A stretch of 64,000 nt of DNA from Octopus vulgaris (lineage: Eukaryota): assembly GCA_951406725.2 (NCBI GenBank), contig OX597815.1, forward strand, positions 63,798,001 through 63,862,000, written 5' to 3'. Positions 14,653-26,581 of this stretch are shown here, in pieces. Position numbers and translations under genes: made by a program. The notes under the pieces are model-generated. The model saw only the letters and a list, made by a program, of their open reading frames with translations. It was not told where the DNA came from and made no database searches. Each line of letters begins with the position of its first letter. Within the stretch, counting starts at the first letter, position 1.

Positions 14653-14657
<5 letters not shown>
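11317..14657 (+). pseudogene. LINE ORF2 (APE endonuclease plus reverse transcriptase), disrupted
   Basis: ORF pieces 11212-11571, 12728-13300, 13462-14448 and 14445-14657. Contains stops, frameshifts, a probable deletion near 13450 and the LTR insertion. Confidence 0.92.
11623..12620 (-). mobile_element. Solo LTR (998 bp) inserted in the LINE endonuclease
   Basis: Termini TGTTAGAATA...TATTGCTACA (TG...CA, imperfect inverted repeat) with a 4-bp TSD ACAC at 11619-11622 and 12621-12624. Removing it restores VCDTLILYLRQHNIVICNTYCPP. The order of CCAAT boxes (about 12437-12500), TATA-like TATTTAAATA (about 12387) and AATAAA (about 11840) suggests minus orientation. Confidence 0.82.
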
Positions 14658-14731
<74 letters not shown>

Positions 14732-15029
14732 TATTCACACTCGACATGTCCAAATGCAAGCCTGGAAGTACTTATAATACTACTACTGGATAGCACAAGG
14801 TAAATTCGAAGGCTGACGAACTTTATACTGTACTATATTGCTTTCTTAACAGAATATACCATTACTATATATATATATATATATATTGATAAAACGGTAA
14901 GATAACAAAAGAAAGAAAGAGACCTCAATATTATGTAAATAGAGGAAATTTATCTATACAATATGTTATACCGAGTTTTATCTTGACTACCGAGTAATGT
15001 AGCATATTGTATATATATATATATATATA

Positions 15030-15330
15030 ATGTTTTAAAAGAAAACGGAGAAAAGACAAGAAAAAAGAGTAGCAACGTAAGAACGTATTAATAAGACGCT
15101 CAGAGAAGGAAAAGAGTTGTCGTTTTATGTTTCGAGCACAGCTTTTCTTCGGAAACAGGAGACATAGGATAAGGGAGAAGGTGGTAAAAAATCACCAACA
15201 GTCCATATGTAGCTAAGGCATGGTGAGAAGGTGTGGATGTAGGTGTGGGTGGTGACGAGGAGAAGGAAAAGGAAGGAGAGTGGAAGGAGAACCGAAGTAG
15301 AGTCGAGGGAAGACAAATGAAGGGGAAGAG
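15030..15330 (-). mobile_element. PLE 3' terminus fragment with hammerhead-like motif
   Basis: Minus strand 15156-15122 reads GTTT-CCGAAGA-A-AAGC/GCTC-GAAA-CATA-AAAC. Related to 16060-16255, 34590-34800 and 62745-62870. Confidence 0.6.
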
Positions 15331-15365
15331 TCACAGACATATTCATACATACATATGCATGTGTT

Positions 15366-15397
<32 letters not shown>

Positions 15398-15771
15398 TAA
15401 AGTGACTGAGAGCATTAGTCAGCACTAGTATTGCTAGAAATAAGAGTTAAAGCAACTCATAGCCACGTGAATCACTTATCTTATTGACTGACAAGGGAGA
15501 CATGTTACCCCAGCGTCTAGGCCTTGCCAGATCACATAGCGTCTTAGGTTAAACTAAGTTCACCTGGCCAGTTTATAAGATTATCGTAAAAATCATACGC
15601 TGATTTCCTAAACGGTAAATATGAATATTATAAAAAATAAGAATGGCTCATTTGCAATTTTCAACCGAAAGGTTGAAACATATACATGACTGGAGGCACT
15701 AGTTAGCACCAGTGTTTCTAGAAATCTTATAAACTGACAAGGCAAGTTGAGTTTAACCCAAGGCACTAGGT

Positions 15772-15820
15772 GAGAGTCACTGATGAGCATTAATAAAAAT
15801 GCGAAATCACTGTTGCTCAT
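15772..15820 (+). ncRNA. Hammerhead-like motif with intact core and degenerate cleavage arm
   Basis: CTGATGA at 15780-15786, stem II GCATT/AATGC, GAAA at 15803-15806. Pairing of stems I and III is imperfect. Confidence 0.45.
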
Positions 15821-15966
15821 TTCCAATCATCAGCTGGTAAACAATGAATGTGTATGCGGACATCCATTTGCATGCGCCTGTGGAGATTCATACATACAGA
15901 CATGTGTACATTCATAGACGCACGCATACAGAGAATTATATAGTCATGTATATACATACACATATG

Positions 15967-16022
<56 letters not shown>

Positions 16023-16059
16023 CATACATACATACATACATACATACATACATGTATAT

Positions 16060-16255
16060 ATAGTAAGTCCCCAAAAGGATGAACAAACAAAAAACACAGC
16101 GCGAGGACGTGGTACATGTAAAGTATTAGCAGACGCACAGGGAAAAAAAGAAAGATGGTTTAACGTTTCGAGCAAACGCACTTCTTCATAAACAAAGGAA
16201 ATTCCAATAGAAAGGAAGACGGAGGAAGAAAATCGCCAACGATTCACATGCATTT
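16060..16255 (-). mobile_element. PLE 3' terminus fragment with hammerhead-like motif
   Basis: Minus strand 16193-16158 reads GTTT-ATGAAGA-A-GTGC/GCTC-GAAA-CGTT-AAAC. Flanks align with 34590-34800. Confidence 0.6.
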
Positions 16256-16647
16256 ACATTTATATATGAGTATATAATGAAGTATTAGCGTTACGCAGGG
16301 TTTAGGCATAAACAGAATTTGGGTTAGTTGAAATATGTTTGTGAAATGCTTCAACTGGTAAAAAGCAAATATACTGCAGTTACCGTGGAGAATATACATC
16401 TCTTTAATGGTAAAAAAGAGTGAAAACACCCGATTCGTTCAATGTCGCCATCTATTAGGAATCCAAGACATCGGTGTTTCAAGCTTCTTACTTTTTATCA
16501 AAGAGATATACTTAAGAGAAGCAAGTCTGTACGAACTTATAAAGCAATAGCTTTATGTATATTTTAGCCAACAGTGTTGACTGATTTGCGCCGGTAGATC
16601 GCCTGATCGAGGAAAATAACGAAATGTTAGCGCTAAGCAGTGTTTAG

Positions 16648-16682
<35 letters not shown>

Positions 16683-17326
16683 AGATTTTGTTTTATGGAT
16701 TCATACGAGTCAAGGCGCATCAACTTGTAGGAGGCCAGAGACCTATATATATATATATATATATGCCTTACACGTATTGTTGAATCCCACAGTCTCAAAC
16801 TAATCTACATTCATACAAAACGTTTTTTAAAAGATCGCTAAGTAACTCCAGAAGAAAAACAGAACCCCAAGAATCGAAAACAGCTGTTTTTCTTTCCTAA
16901 TCTCTAATTAACCAATAAACGATGTTGTCATTACATGCAATTTTATGCAAATTAGACCACTGCATGGTGTATTGAAGAATATCTACTTTGTTTACACACA
17001 CACACATACACAAACGCACACACAAATACACACTTGGTTGGTCAAACAGGTTTGAAGAATCAATGGCAAGGCAAAGAGATGAGGTAAGTGCTTAAGGCGT
17101 GGTAGTCACAATAGGAAATAGTTCTCGAGAGGTAAAGAAATGCAGAAGGGAGTTTAGTGAAAGGGAACATGTGAATGAGTGAGAAAGGGAGAAAGAGACA
17201 GACAGACAGACAAACAAAGATAGATAGACCTAGCCAACTTTATAAAGCTCAACTGGCTTCAATTGATTGAAGGCTTGTTTATATTAATACTGAAGAAACT
17301 TTTCAATCACTCTGTATTAATATATG

Positions 17327-17397
<71 letters not shown>

Positions 17398-17419
17398 CCA
17401 CATGTATGTATGTATGTAT

Positions 17420-18262
17420 TTGTCCGTGTTTGATTTGTCTTTGCATAGGGGCAATCCGGACTCCCGTTTGCGCCGTAAACAGGGATTAATCTTCTCTCTT
17501 TGCTCCTTTGTGCCACATGGGCTCAACTCTCCTCCCCTCGCATTTCTCCCCTTCACACCTACTTCCTCCCACCCACTTCTCCTCTCTTCCCCCGACTTCT
17601 ACTTCTTCTCTTCACTCCTAACCCCTTCATCGTCACCCCTCCCTCGTAAGCCCACCCCATCCATTACACCACTCCCACATACCCCACATCTACCCCCACC
17701 CTCAGCCTACCCACATACCCCGCCTCTACCCCCACTCTCAGCTTAACCTACTCCCGACCCATTCTTTCCCCACTCTCGCCTCCCCCACCCCCAACACCAT
17801 CACACCACACTACACACCACTACACCTTACACCACCATACCACACAACACATCACATCAGAACACACCACCACGTACACATAAGCACTGACAGCTTCCCA
17901 CACACACATTTTCACACTTACACGCACACGTCAAGATCAACCGCCTTCTTCCACACGCACATACAAACTCTCTTATATACACGCACGTACACCTTCATTT
18001 TAGGATCACCACTATTTTATTATCTCCCCTTCTCCCTAGCTCTCCTGTATGACCCTTCTGTCCGGCATTCGTCATGATAGATCGCTAGCCACTACACATT
18101 CTTTATTTTCTCTCCTTGTTTCTTTCTGAGTTCCTGTCTGTGGAAGAGCGTAGGTTCGAAACGTTAAAGACTTTTTCACTTCCCGAGCGTTATACTAAAA
18201 CATCAGTTTGTTGTCTACACCACCTGTGTTCGTCCTTTGTTGTTTTTTGTGAATTCTCCCTA
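17420..18262 (+). mobile_element. 5'-truncated Neptune-type PLE 3' end
   Basis: LSLHRGNPDSRLRRKQGLIFSLCSFVPHGLN resembles the GIY-YIG C-terminal R..RE..I..L....P.GLN motif. It is followed by a C/A-rich UTR and a hammerhead-like motif at 18134-18169. Confidence 0.65.
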
Positions 18263-18486
18263 TATATATATATATGTATATATATATAAATATGTGAATG
18301 AATTATCCTATGTTTATCGTCAGCATGGAAAATTCGTTTAACCTGGGTAGCAATTTCACTTCAGAAACACGGTTGAAGCGACCTGTCCAAAGGTAGAAAC
18401 TCCGGGTTCATGTGCAGAAATTTGTGTGTTGTATATGAATAAATGAAAGAATGGAGTCGAACGAAGATGTTAACAAAATTTTTTTA

Positions 18487-18568
18487 CTCTCGACATATGT
18501 TTCGAAGACAACATGTTTTCATTCCAAAGGAATAAAGGGTGCATTATGCAATCTTCTCATCAGGAAAG
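18487..18568 (-). ncRNA. Type I hammerhead ribozyme (sense copy in the PLE 3' UTR)
   Basis: Reverse complement of the motif at 20071-20152, with an intact core. Confidence 0.8.
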
Positions 18569-18844
18569 AAAGGGAGCCTCTCTCGACAACAAGACAAACA
18601 AAAATTTCGATGACTGCCTACATGGTAAACAAAGAGATAATGAGTGTTTTTTTTAAACCGTTAGAAGAATTGACGTCAAAGATAGATAGTAGGAAGAGAA
18701 GGGTTAAAGGAATAATAGCTAGGGAACAAGTGTAGAGGGAAGGGTACGTTGATTGAAAGAATGTTCGAAGGCTTAGGAAAGAATTTCGCTATAGAAGTGG
18801 GGTGGACGTAAAGCTAATTGTTCAAACCACAGTGACAATCGTTA

Positions 18845-19234
18845 TCATTCATATGAGTAGAAAGTATGTTTCTGCCAGTGTTTACATTTGTATGATTTTT
18901 CTATGAGTGCGTTTACTAGGGGAACCTTAGAGAAGAGAATATGGAAGAGCTCAGAGTTGCAAATGTTACAAAATCTCCTGCCCTTATCAAAAGGATAAGA
19001 TACAGACAGTATGAACCAATCTAATTTGAAATTTATATTGTTGTCTTTAAGACGCCAAACTAATTTAGTTAGCCCTGTACTATGTCGTTTTTTACTATCC
19101 CTGAATGTTGAATAATGGTTTGAAATTCTCTTGGATAACTGGGAAGTGGACGCTCCTATATAGAAGAAGACATCGGTACCGGAAGAAATTCTACACTGGT
19201 AAATAGAATTCTTAATCTTAGAATTACTAGACAA
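18845..19234 (-). CDS. PLE GIY-YIG endonuclease, C-terminal fragment
   Basis: SIYQC...FYIGA...KRISNH...STGLTKLVWRLK...CNIC..E...N...E...CKH. Confidence 0.85.
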   Translation of the reverse strand: MSSNSKIKNSIYQCRISSGTDVFFYIGASTSQLSKRISNHYSTFRDSKKRHSTGLTKLVWRLKDNNINFKLDWFILSVSYPFDKGRRFCNICNSELFHILFSKVPLVNALIEKSYKCKHWQKHTFYSYE

Positions 19235-20065
19235 AAATTTAATTCTGTTGGGGTTGTCCTCCGAGATCGAAACGAAGTTTTTATTGTTATGATTGTTGTT
19301 ACTATTATTATTAGCGCTAACAGTTACACTATTTCTATTATTATTAGTATTATTAATGGTACTACAACCAGTAATACCACCGACAATAATACCGTTATTG
19401 TTGTTACCATCAACACTACCTTTGTTATTAACACGACTAATACTATTATTAATATTATCATTGTTAACACTTTCGCTGCTACCAATGCTGTTACTATTAA
19501 AACTATTCCTATTATTATGATTGTATGATGGGTTGGAATTAGCAAGATTAGTGTTGGAACTCCCGGCTGAAGAATCTTTGTTTAGTAGCTTGGTATTGTG
19601 GGAAGATATAATTTGTGAAAGATTCCTAGTGTTAGAGAAAGCGATTCTGACTTTGTGGGAATTGATAATAGAATGATATCTGAGTTCTTCCGTATTCTCT
19701 TCTTTAAGGTTCCCCTAGTAAACACACTCATAGAAAAATCACACAAATGTAAACACTGGCAGAAACATACTTTCTACTCATATAAATGATAACGATAGTC
19801 ACAGTGGTTTGAACAATTAGCTTTACGTCCACCCCACTTCTATAGCGAAATTCTTTCCTAAGCCTTCGAACATTCTTTCAATCAACGTACCATTCCCTCT
19901 CCACTTGTTCCCTAGCTATTATTCCTTTAACCCTTCTCTTTCTACTATCTATCTTTGACGTCAATTCTTCTAACGGTTTTTTTTTAAAAAAGCACTCATT
20001 ATCTCTTTGTTTACCATGTAGGCAGTCATCGAAATTTTTGTTTGTCTTGTTGTCGAGAGAGGCTC

Positions 20066-20158
20066 CCTTTCTTTCCTGATGAGAAGATTGCATAATGCAC
20101 CCTTTATTCCTTTGGAATGAAAACATGTTGTCTTCGAAACATATGTCGAGAGTAAAGG
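20066..20158 (+). ncRNA. Canonical type I hammerhead ribozyme
   Basis: Stem I CTTTC(20071-75)/GAGAG(20148-52), extended by CCTTT/AAAGG. CTGATGA at 20076-82. Stem II GAAGA/TCTTC. GAAA at 20136-39. Palindromic stem III ACATATGT. GTC triplet at 20145-47. Confidence 0.85.
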
Positions 20159-20228
20159 AATTTTGTTAACATCGTCGTTCGACTCCATTCTTTCATTTAT
20201 ATATATATATATATATATATAGGGATAT

Positions 20229-20313
<85 letters not shown>

Positions 20314-20532
20314 CCGGCATCTCTGTGAGCGTGTATGTGTTTATAGAGTGAATGCACGTGAACGTAGGCCGTACAATTTGCCTTATTTAAGCGAGATATT
20401 TAATCGCTAAGAGTGCACAACCACTCAACACGTCATCGGTGCTATGGCATTTTCTCTCTAACGACATGGCTGAGTGTGTGAGATTGTGTATATCTATTTC
20501 TATAAACATATTTATATATGATGATATATAAT

Positions 20533-20600
<68 letters not shown>

Positions 20601-21507
20601 ACATGTATATTCATAAATCTTATATATACACATACACAAACATATATAAACTATCTGCGGGCGTGTATGTATGCATTTACGGATATGTATGCGTGTATTT
20701 ACATTTGCACGCGCATACACGCTTTCCTAAATACATTTACATATGTATGTACGAACAATTAACGCACATCTGCACGCACACATACACACACACATATATA
20801 TATGCATGCGCTCACAAATACTAATATATATGTGTCTGTGTGTACACGTATATATATACGCACACACACACATACATACACACACGCATATACACACGCA
20901 TACACACACATATGTATATATATGTATGTATATATATTTGCGTCTTTCCCTTCTTGCAACGTCCTCTTCCCCCTCCTCCATTCTCTCCTCCCTCATTCTT
21001 CCCATCTCCCGAAGACTTACACTGATCCGCTCTGATCTTTCGCCGTTCGTCGTAATCAGCTGAGCGATTGATTCGTTTTCCCGAGCGTGGCGAACATTTA
21101 ATCACTATCTCAACACCAGCGCCACCACCACTACCACTACCACCACTATTATAACCACCAACACTAACGCCGTTATTATTATTATTATCACCACCAACAT
21201 TGCCATCACCACCACAACCAACGCTATTACCGCCACCACCTTTATCCTCACCACCATCGCCACAACCACCATTACCACCGCCCCCACTACTACCAATACC
21301 TCCAGTTTATCCCTCACTGAACCTCTTTTCTCTGCTCTACTTCACTTTTACGCTTGTATTTCCTTTTTTTTTCTTTTAATATTTCTTCCTTTCCCTTTAT
21401 GGTTCCCTTGCTTTCCCCTTTTTCTACCCACCCTCTCTCATCCTCTCTCTCTTCTTGTTTCTCATATTTTCTTACTCTCCTTCCTTCTGAATCTCTCAAT
21501 CTCTCTC

Positions 21508-21585
<78 letters not shown>

Positions 21586-21850
21586 TCTTTCACCTCTCTC
21601 TCTCTCCCCACCTCCCATCCAACCATCTTGCGTTGAATATTTTTTTCAGAGTCTCATCAATTACACGAAAATACTGCCATTCCACATCGTCTGTTTAATA
21701 GGAAGAGCGAAGGGGAAAGAGATGGAGAAAGAGAGAGGAAGATAGGGAGACAGAGGGAGGAGGAACATAGACATGCGGACAGAAAAGTAGATAGATCTGT
21801 AGATATATACACACCTATATACATAAATATGTGTGTGTGTGTGTGTGTGC

Positions 21851-21909
<59 letters not shown>

Positions 21910-21997
21910 TATAAATAGAAAGACAAATAGAGAGAGACGGAGAGACGGACCGAGATAGAGCGAGTAGGAGAAAGTAAAAGAGAGACTTATGCATATG

Positions 21998-22170
21998 CGT
22001 AGGCGTGGTTCTATAGCAAGTTGTTTGTTTCGCAACGACATTGTCCCAGGTTCGGTGTCACGTAGTGGCAGTTTGGACAAGTGGCTTCCAGTATAGCCTT
22101 GATTGACGAAACCCCTGTGAATGGATTTGGTAAACGGAAACTGAAAGGAGACAGTCGTGTGTGTGTATGT

Positions 22171-22221
<51 letters not shown>

Positions 22222-22390
22222 TCTCTCACTACCGCTTGACAACCAGTGTTGTTTTGTTTTCGTTCCTGTAATCAAGGGCTTCGGCAAAAGAGCCCGATAA
22301 ATAAGAAGCTGGTAGATTCGTTCAACTAAATTTCCTCTAGCTGATGCTCCAGCGTGGCCATAGTCGAATGACTGAAACAAGTAAAAGATA
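21998..22390 (+). mobile_element. SINE type A (diverged)
   Basis: Colinear with 6407-6840. Confidence 0.8.
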
Positions 22391-22454
22391 TATCATTCTC
22401 GATGCACCCACATATACACAACACATGAATACTGTTATGTATCAACCTGTGAAC

Positions 22455-22790
22455 ATATATCGTTTATATATTACTTGCTTCAGTCAATCGAACAAAGCCA
22501 CCCAAAGTAATTTTTTGGTACTTATTCTATCGCGGACTTATGCCGAAATGCTAAGTTACGGGGAGAAAACATAAGCCAACACTGGTTGTAAAGCGATGGC
22601 GGAAGAGAGAAACAAACACAACACGGTTCACACACATATCCTTTCAGTTTCCCTTTACCAAGTCCTCTCAGAAGGATTTAGTCGACTCGGGGGTATAGCA
22701 GACGACACTCAAAGAGCCAAGCAATGTGACTGAACCAGAAATCGTTTGGCTGGAAAGAGACTTCTTACCACAGAGACATACATGCGCCAA
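22455..22790 (-). mobile_element. SINE type A (old, diverged)
   Basis: Reverse-complement similarity to 6407-6840 (gtacttattctatcg...gccgaaatgctaagttacggg...tttcagtttcc). Confidence 0.7.
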
Positions 22791-22937
22791 TATATGTATA
22801 TATATATATGAATATATCTATATGAATAGATATATGCATATATATATGATAGATATATGCATATATATATATGATAGATATATGCATATATATATATATA
22901 TGTCGTATATATTTATGTGTGTGTGTATGTATGTATG

Positions 22938-22982
<45 letters not shown>

Positions 22983-23011
22983 GTGTGTGTGTATGTATGT
23001 ATGTATGTATG

Positions 23012-23070
<59 letters not shown>

Positions 23071-23077
23071 ATGTATA

Positions 23078-23435
23078 GGCGCAGGTGTGGCTGTGTGGTA
23101 CGAATCTTGGTTCCCAACCACATGGTCCGGGTTCAGTCCCACTGCGTGGTACCTTGGACAAGTGTCTTCTACTATATCCTCGGGCGGACCAAAACCTTGT
23201 GAGTGTATTTGATAGATGGAAACTGAAAGAAGCTCTTCGCACATATATATGTATATATTTGTATGTCTACGCTTGTTTCCCCCCTCACCACCACTATTGC
23301 ATGACAGCCGATGCTGGTGTGTTAACGTACCCGTTACTTACCAGTTCGAAACAATAAATACTAGGCTTACGAGGAATAAGTTCTGTGGTCGATTCGTTCG
23401 ACTAAACGCGGTGCTCCAGCATGGCCGCAGTTATA
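23078..23435 (+). mobile_element. SINE type A
   Basis: Head ggcgcaggtgtggctgtgtggta...GGTTCAGTCCC and tail gcggtgctccagcatggccgcag. Confidence 0.85.
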
Positions 23436-23486
23436 GAATTATTTTATCGCCGACAAGAAACATCTTTCCAAGGACAGTTCCTTTTT

Positions 23487-23526
23487 AATCCTGAAGAAGG
23501 GACTTGTATGTCCCGAAATATTGGAT
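23487..23526 (+). ncRNA. Minimal hammerhead-like motif
   Basis: CTGAAGA(23491-97)-A-GGGAC/GTCCC stem II-GAAA(23515-18)-TA-TT-GGAT. Stem I is weak. Confidence 0.55.
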
Positions 23527-23620
23527 ACATATAAGACCAAAGATTACCAGGTAACTTTTAGTTCACGTTACCTTATCATAAAATCTATTTGCATTGTTTG
23601 GCCTTTTAAATCTTTCAACA

Positions 23621-23679
<59 letters not shown>

Positions 23680-23739
23680 CATATACATATATATATATAT
23701 GTGTGTGTGTGTGAGGGTCGTGTGTGTATATATGTATGT

Positions 23740-23995
23740 CTGCTTAGCAGTTAGAGTATTCGGTTTACAATCATAAGATCGTGAGTTCGATCCCGGCGGC
23801 ACCTACAGTTCTTGAGCAAGACACTTTATTTCACGTTACTCCAGTTCACTCAGCTGGCAAGAATGAGTAGTACTTGTACTTCAAAGGGCCAGCCTTTGCA
23901 AATTCTGTGTCAGTTGAAATCTCCAATTTCTCGAGCAGGATGTTCTGTTGGTCGGATCAAAGTGGAACACTCGTCATCGTAACCGACAGAATGCC
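23740..23995 (+). mobile_element. SINE type B
   Basis: B box GAGTTCGATCCC, central block cttgagcaagacactttatttcacg...cactcagctg, and tail tcgtcatcgtaaccgac. Confidence 0.8.
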
Positions 23996-24019
23996 ATATA
24001 TACATACATACATATATTC

Positions 24020-24057
<38 letters not shown>

Positions 24058-24491
24058 ATCTTGTAAACGTTCAGGTTCTGAAATAAACATATCTACACTG
24101 AAAAAGAGCAACAAAAAAGAAAGAACGAGAATATTATAAAATGGAAAAAAATGTAGAAAATAAGGGAGGATTGGAAGAGGAGGGGAAATAGGAGTAATGT
24201 CCCTTTGACACGATAGAAGAATAATACTGGTAATAGTTTAAATATGAATTAACGATAGTTAGTGGGGTTAACTGGATGGTTAAATTTTAAAGTTTGTAAG
24301 TCTGTATGCTTAATCGGAAGAGAGTAGAAACTGATCGACATGTTTGTGTTTGATAAAATTACCCATCTCGATTCCAGAATGTACGTAGTGTTCTTATACA
24401 ATTCCGTACAATATCTATTTATCTATCCATTTCTCTGTATATATATATATATATATATATATCACATTCTCTAATTTATATATATATATAT

Positions 24492-24846
24492 TCCTTTACT
24501 TGTTTCACTTATTTGACTGCGGCCCTACTGGAGCACCGCCTTTCGTCGAAGAAATCGACGCCAGTACTTCTTGTTTGCAAGCCTAGTACTTATTCTATAG
24601 ATCTCTTTTGCCGAATCACTAAGCTACATGGACGTAAAGACACCAAATTCGGTTTCAAACGATGGTGAGGGGACAAACGCAGACACACAAATACATACAT
24701 ACATACATACATACATACATACATACATACATACATACATACATAGAAATATTGAGTAGAATTAGGTACTTAAATTGAGGCAGCAAGGCAGTTCGATAAA
24801 GTCCGTGCAGCTCGAAGTTAGGTAAATAAAAAGCAAATATATATAT

Positions 24847-24916
<70 letters not shown>

Positions 24917-25083
24917 ACACACACGGCTTCTTTCAGTTTCCGTCTACCAAATCCACTCACAACACTTTGGTTGGCCGGATGCTATAGTCGAAAACACTTT
25001 CCCAATGTGCCACGCACTGGGACTGAACCTGGACCTATGTGGTTGTGATGTAAGCTCCTTACCACACAGCCACTCTTGCGCCT
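24492..25083 (-). mobile_element. SINE type A with an expanded or interrupted middle
   Basis: Tail at 24495-24690 and head/body at 24920-25083, both on the minus strand. Confidence 0.85.
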
Positions 25084-25309
25084 GGTAGTGGCGGTGGAGA
25101 TTGTAGCGGCGGCGATAGTGGTGGAGTGGTAGGGATGGAAATAATGCATGTACGTATATATATCCTTGAAGTTCGTTTACGGGAAACGTTTTTGAGTGTG
25201 TATATAAATGCTACTATTTTGTTATGTCAGTTAAAACCTCATGATACCAACTTACAACAGCAGTTTTATGAGGTTGTACCGAGCTGTGCCGATATAGCGT
25301 AGGATAATT

Positions 25310-25348
<39 letters not shown>

Positions 25349-25349
<1 letters not shown>

Positions 25350-25694
25350 ATGGCTGGAATTTATAAATATTTTAATGCTTCGTTACGCGCGTGTCCACAA
25401 ACCACACGTCTCTTATGATCATAGTCTGTATTTCTGGGATGATAATAGTATAATCCGTAATATCCATGGACATCAGGTGGATATTAGTTGATGCGTTCTT
25501 CATTTATACATTCGTTGCTTCCAACTTTGAAGCCATATCGCCAGATGAAATGAGTACATGAACTCATGAGATCCACCATATGTCCATCGATATTATGGAT
25601 TCTACTGTAACCATCCCAGGAATACGGACTATGATCGTCAGAAACACGTGATTTGTGTAAACGCGCGTAATGATACATTAAATTCCATCCATAG
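25349..25694. mobile_element. Old foldback/MITE-like element with long imperfect inverted arms
   Basis: catggctggaattta...ttacgcgcgt...gatcatagtc...ctgggatg...ggtggat is mirrored by atccacc...catcccag...gactatgatc...acgcgcgtaa...taaattccatccatag. Confidence 0.7.
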
Positions 25695-26301
25695 ACCATT
25701 ATTATTGTTACTCTCTCTCTCTCTCTTTCTCTCTGTATACACACACACACACACAGTTATACATTAATATACAGATTCTATTTGCATGTTTATATGTAAG
25801 TGTATATATGAATCCAGACATATATATACATATATTGTGCATATATTGACCCACATCCACACACTGATAGACGAACGGCGATGTTATAATGAAGGTTATC
25901 AATACGAACGAAGCTCCATTTAAAATGAAGGAAAACATTGTCGTCTCCAAGAGATCGGCTGGAATCTAGTGGCGAAGTTAGTGCCTCTCCATATAACAAT
26001 GGCGGAAATCTCGAACGTGTTCGCCAGAATAAAGACAGCCATGACAGGCAACGTCATTGTAGACGTCATGTCATTTTGACACGTAGAGAAAGGGTGGCAG
26101 ATATTTCTAAACAAGCGATTCTGGTAGGTTTCTATATAGAAAAGCTCCCTAGAGGTCGCTCAAGAAGCGTAAAAAGAGAAAAAGAAGAAAACGAAAAGAA
26201 AAGAAAGCAAATTCAATGTGAAGAGCGCCGGAGAAAGATATAGAGAGAAAATGGGGAAGGGTTAGTAATAGGGAGACAGAAAGAGAGAAAATGTGTATGT
26301 A

Positions 26302-26376
<75 letters not shown>

Positions 26377-26550
26377 GACAGAATAGATAATGTTGTCTAG
26401 TTTCTGATACTCTCTCTATCTTTGTAATCACTGTTAAACAAGAAAGAAGACAAAAGTGAGAGAGAGCAGACAACTTACTCTGTTTTCTGATACTCTCCGT
26501 TTCCTCACAATCACTATTAAAGTGGGAGGGAGAAATAAAAGAAAGGAAGA

Positions 26551-26581
<31 letters not shown>

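Larger units (their letters stand above)
10417..14655 (+). mobile_element. CR1-group LINE, near full length, decayed, 3' end lost at a (GA)n/(GATA)n tract
   Basis: ORF1, then an APE endonuclease (LLNIGGL, ETHL, RTDR, GGVAIY, MGDFNFP, DLCFT, SDH), then RT (ISLTSHISKVMER, QHGF, YLDFAKAFDKV, GVPQGTVLGPLLF, YADD). The 5' UTR may extend upstream to about 9110. Confidence 0.9.
18290..20198 (-). mobile_element. 5'-truncated PLE (Naiad-type GIY-YIG) with an inverted terminal duplication
   Basis: GIY-YIG ORF at 18845-19234 and an upstream linker KVRIAFSNTRNLSQIISSHNTKLL. Arms of about 520 bp at 18437-18956 and 19680-20198 are near-identical inverted repeats, with an unpaired tail at 18290-18436. Confidence 0.85.

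Noticed and set aside
18290-18436. SECIS element in the Naiad-type PLE tail (ATGA...TGAA on the minus strand)
   Set aside because: Helix II does not pair next to the putative quartet, and there is no in-frame TGA at Cys positions in the visible ORF.
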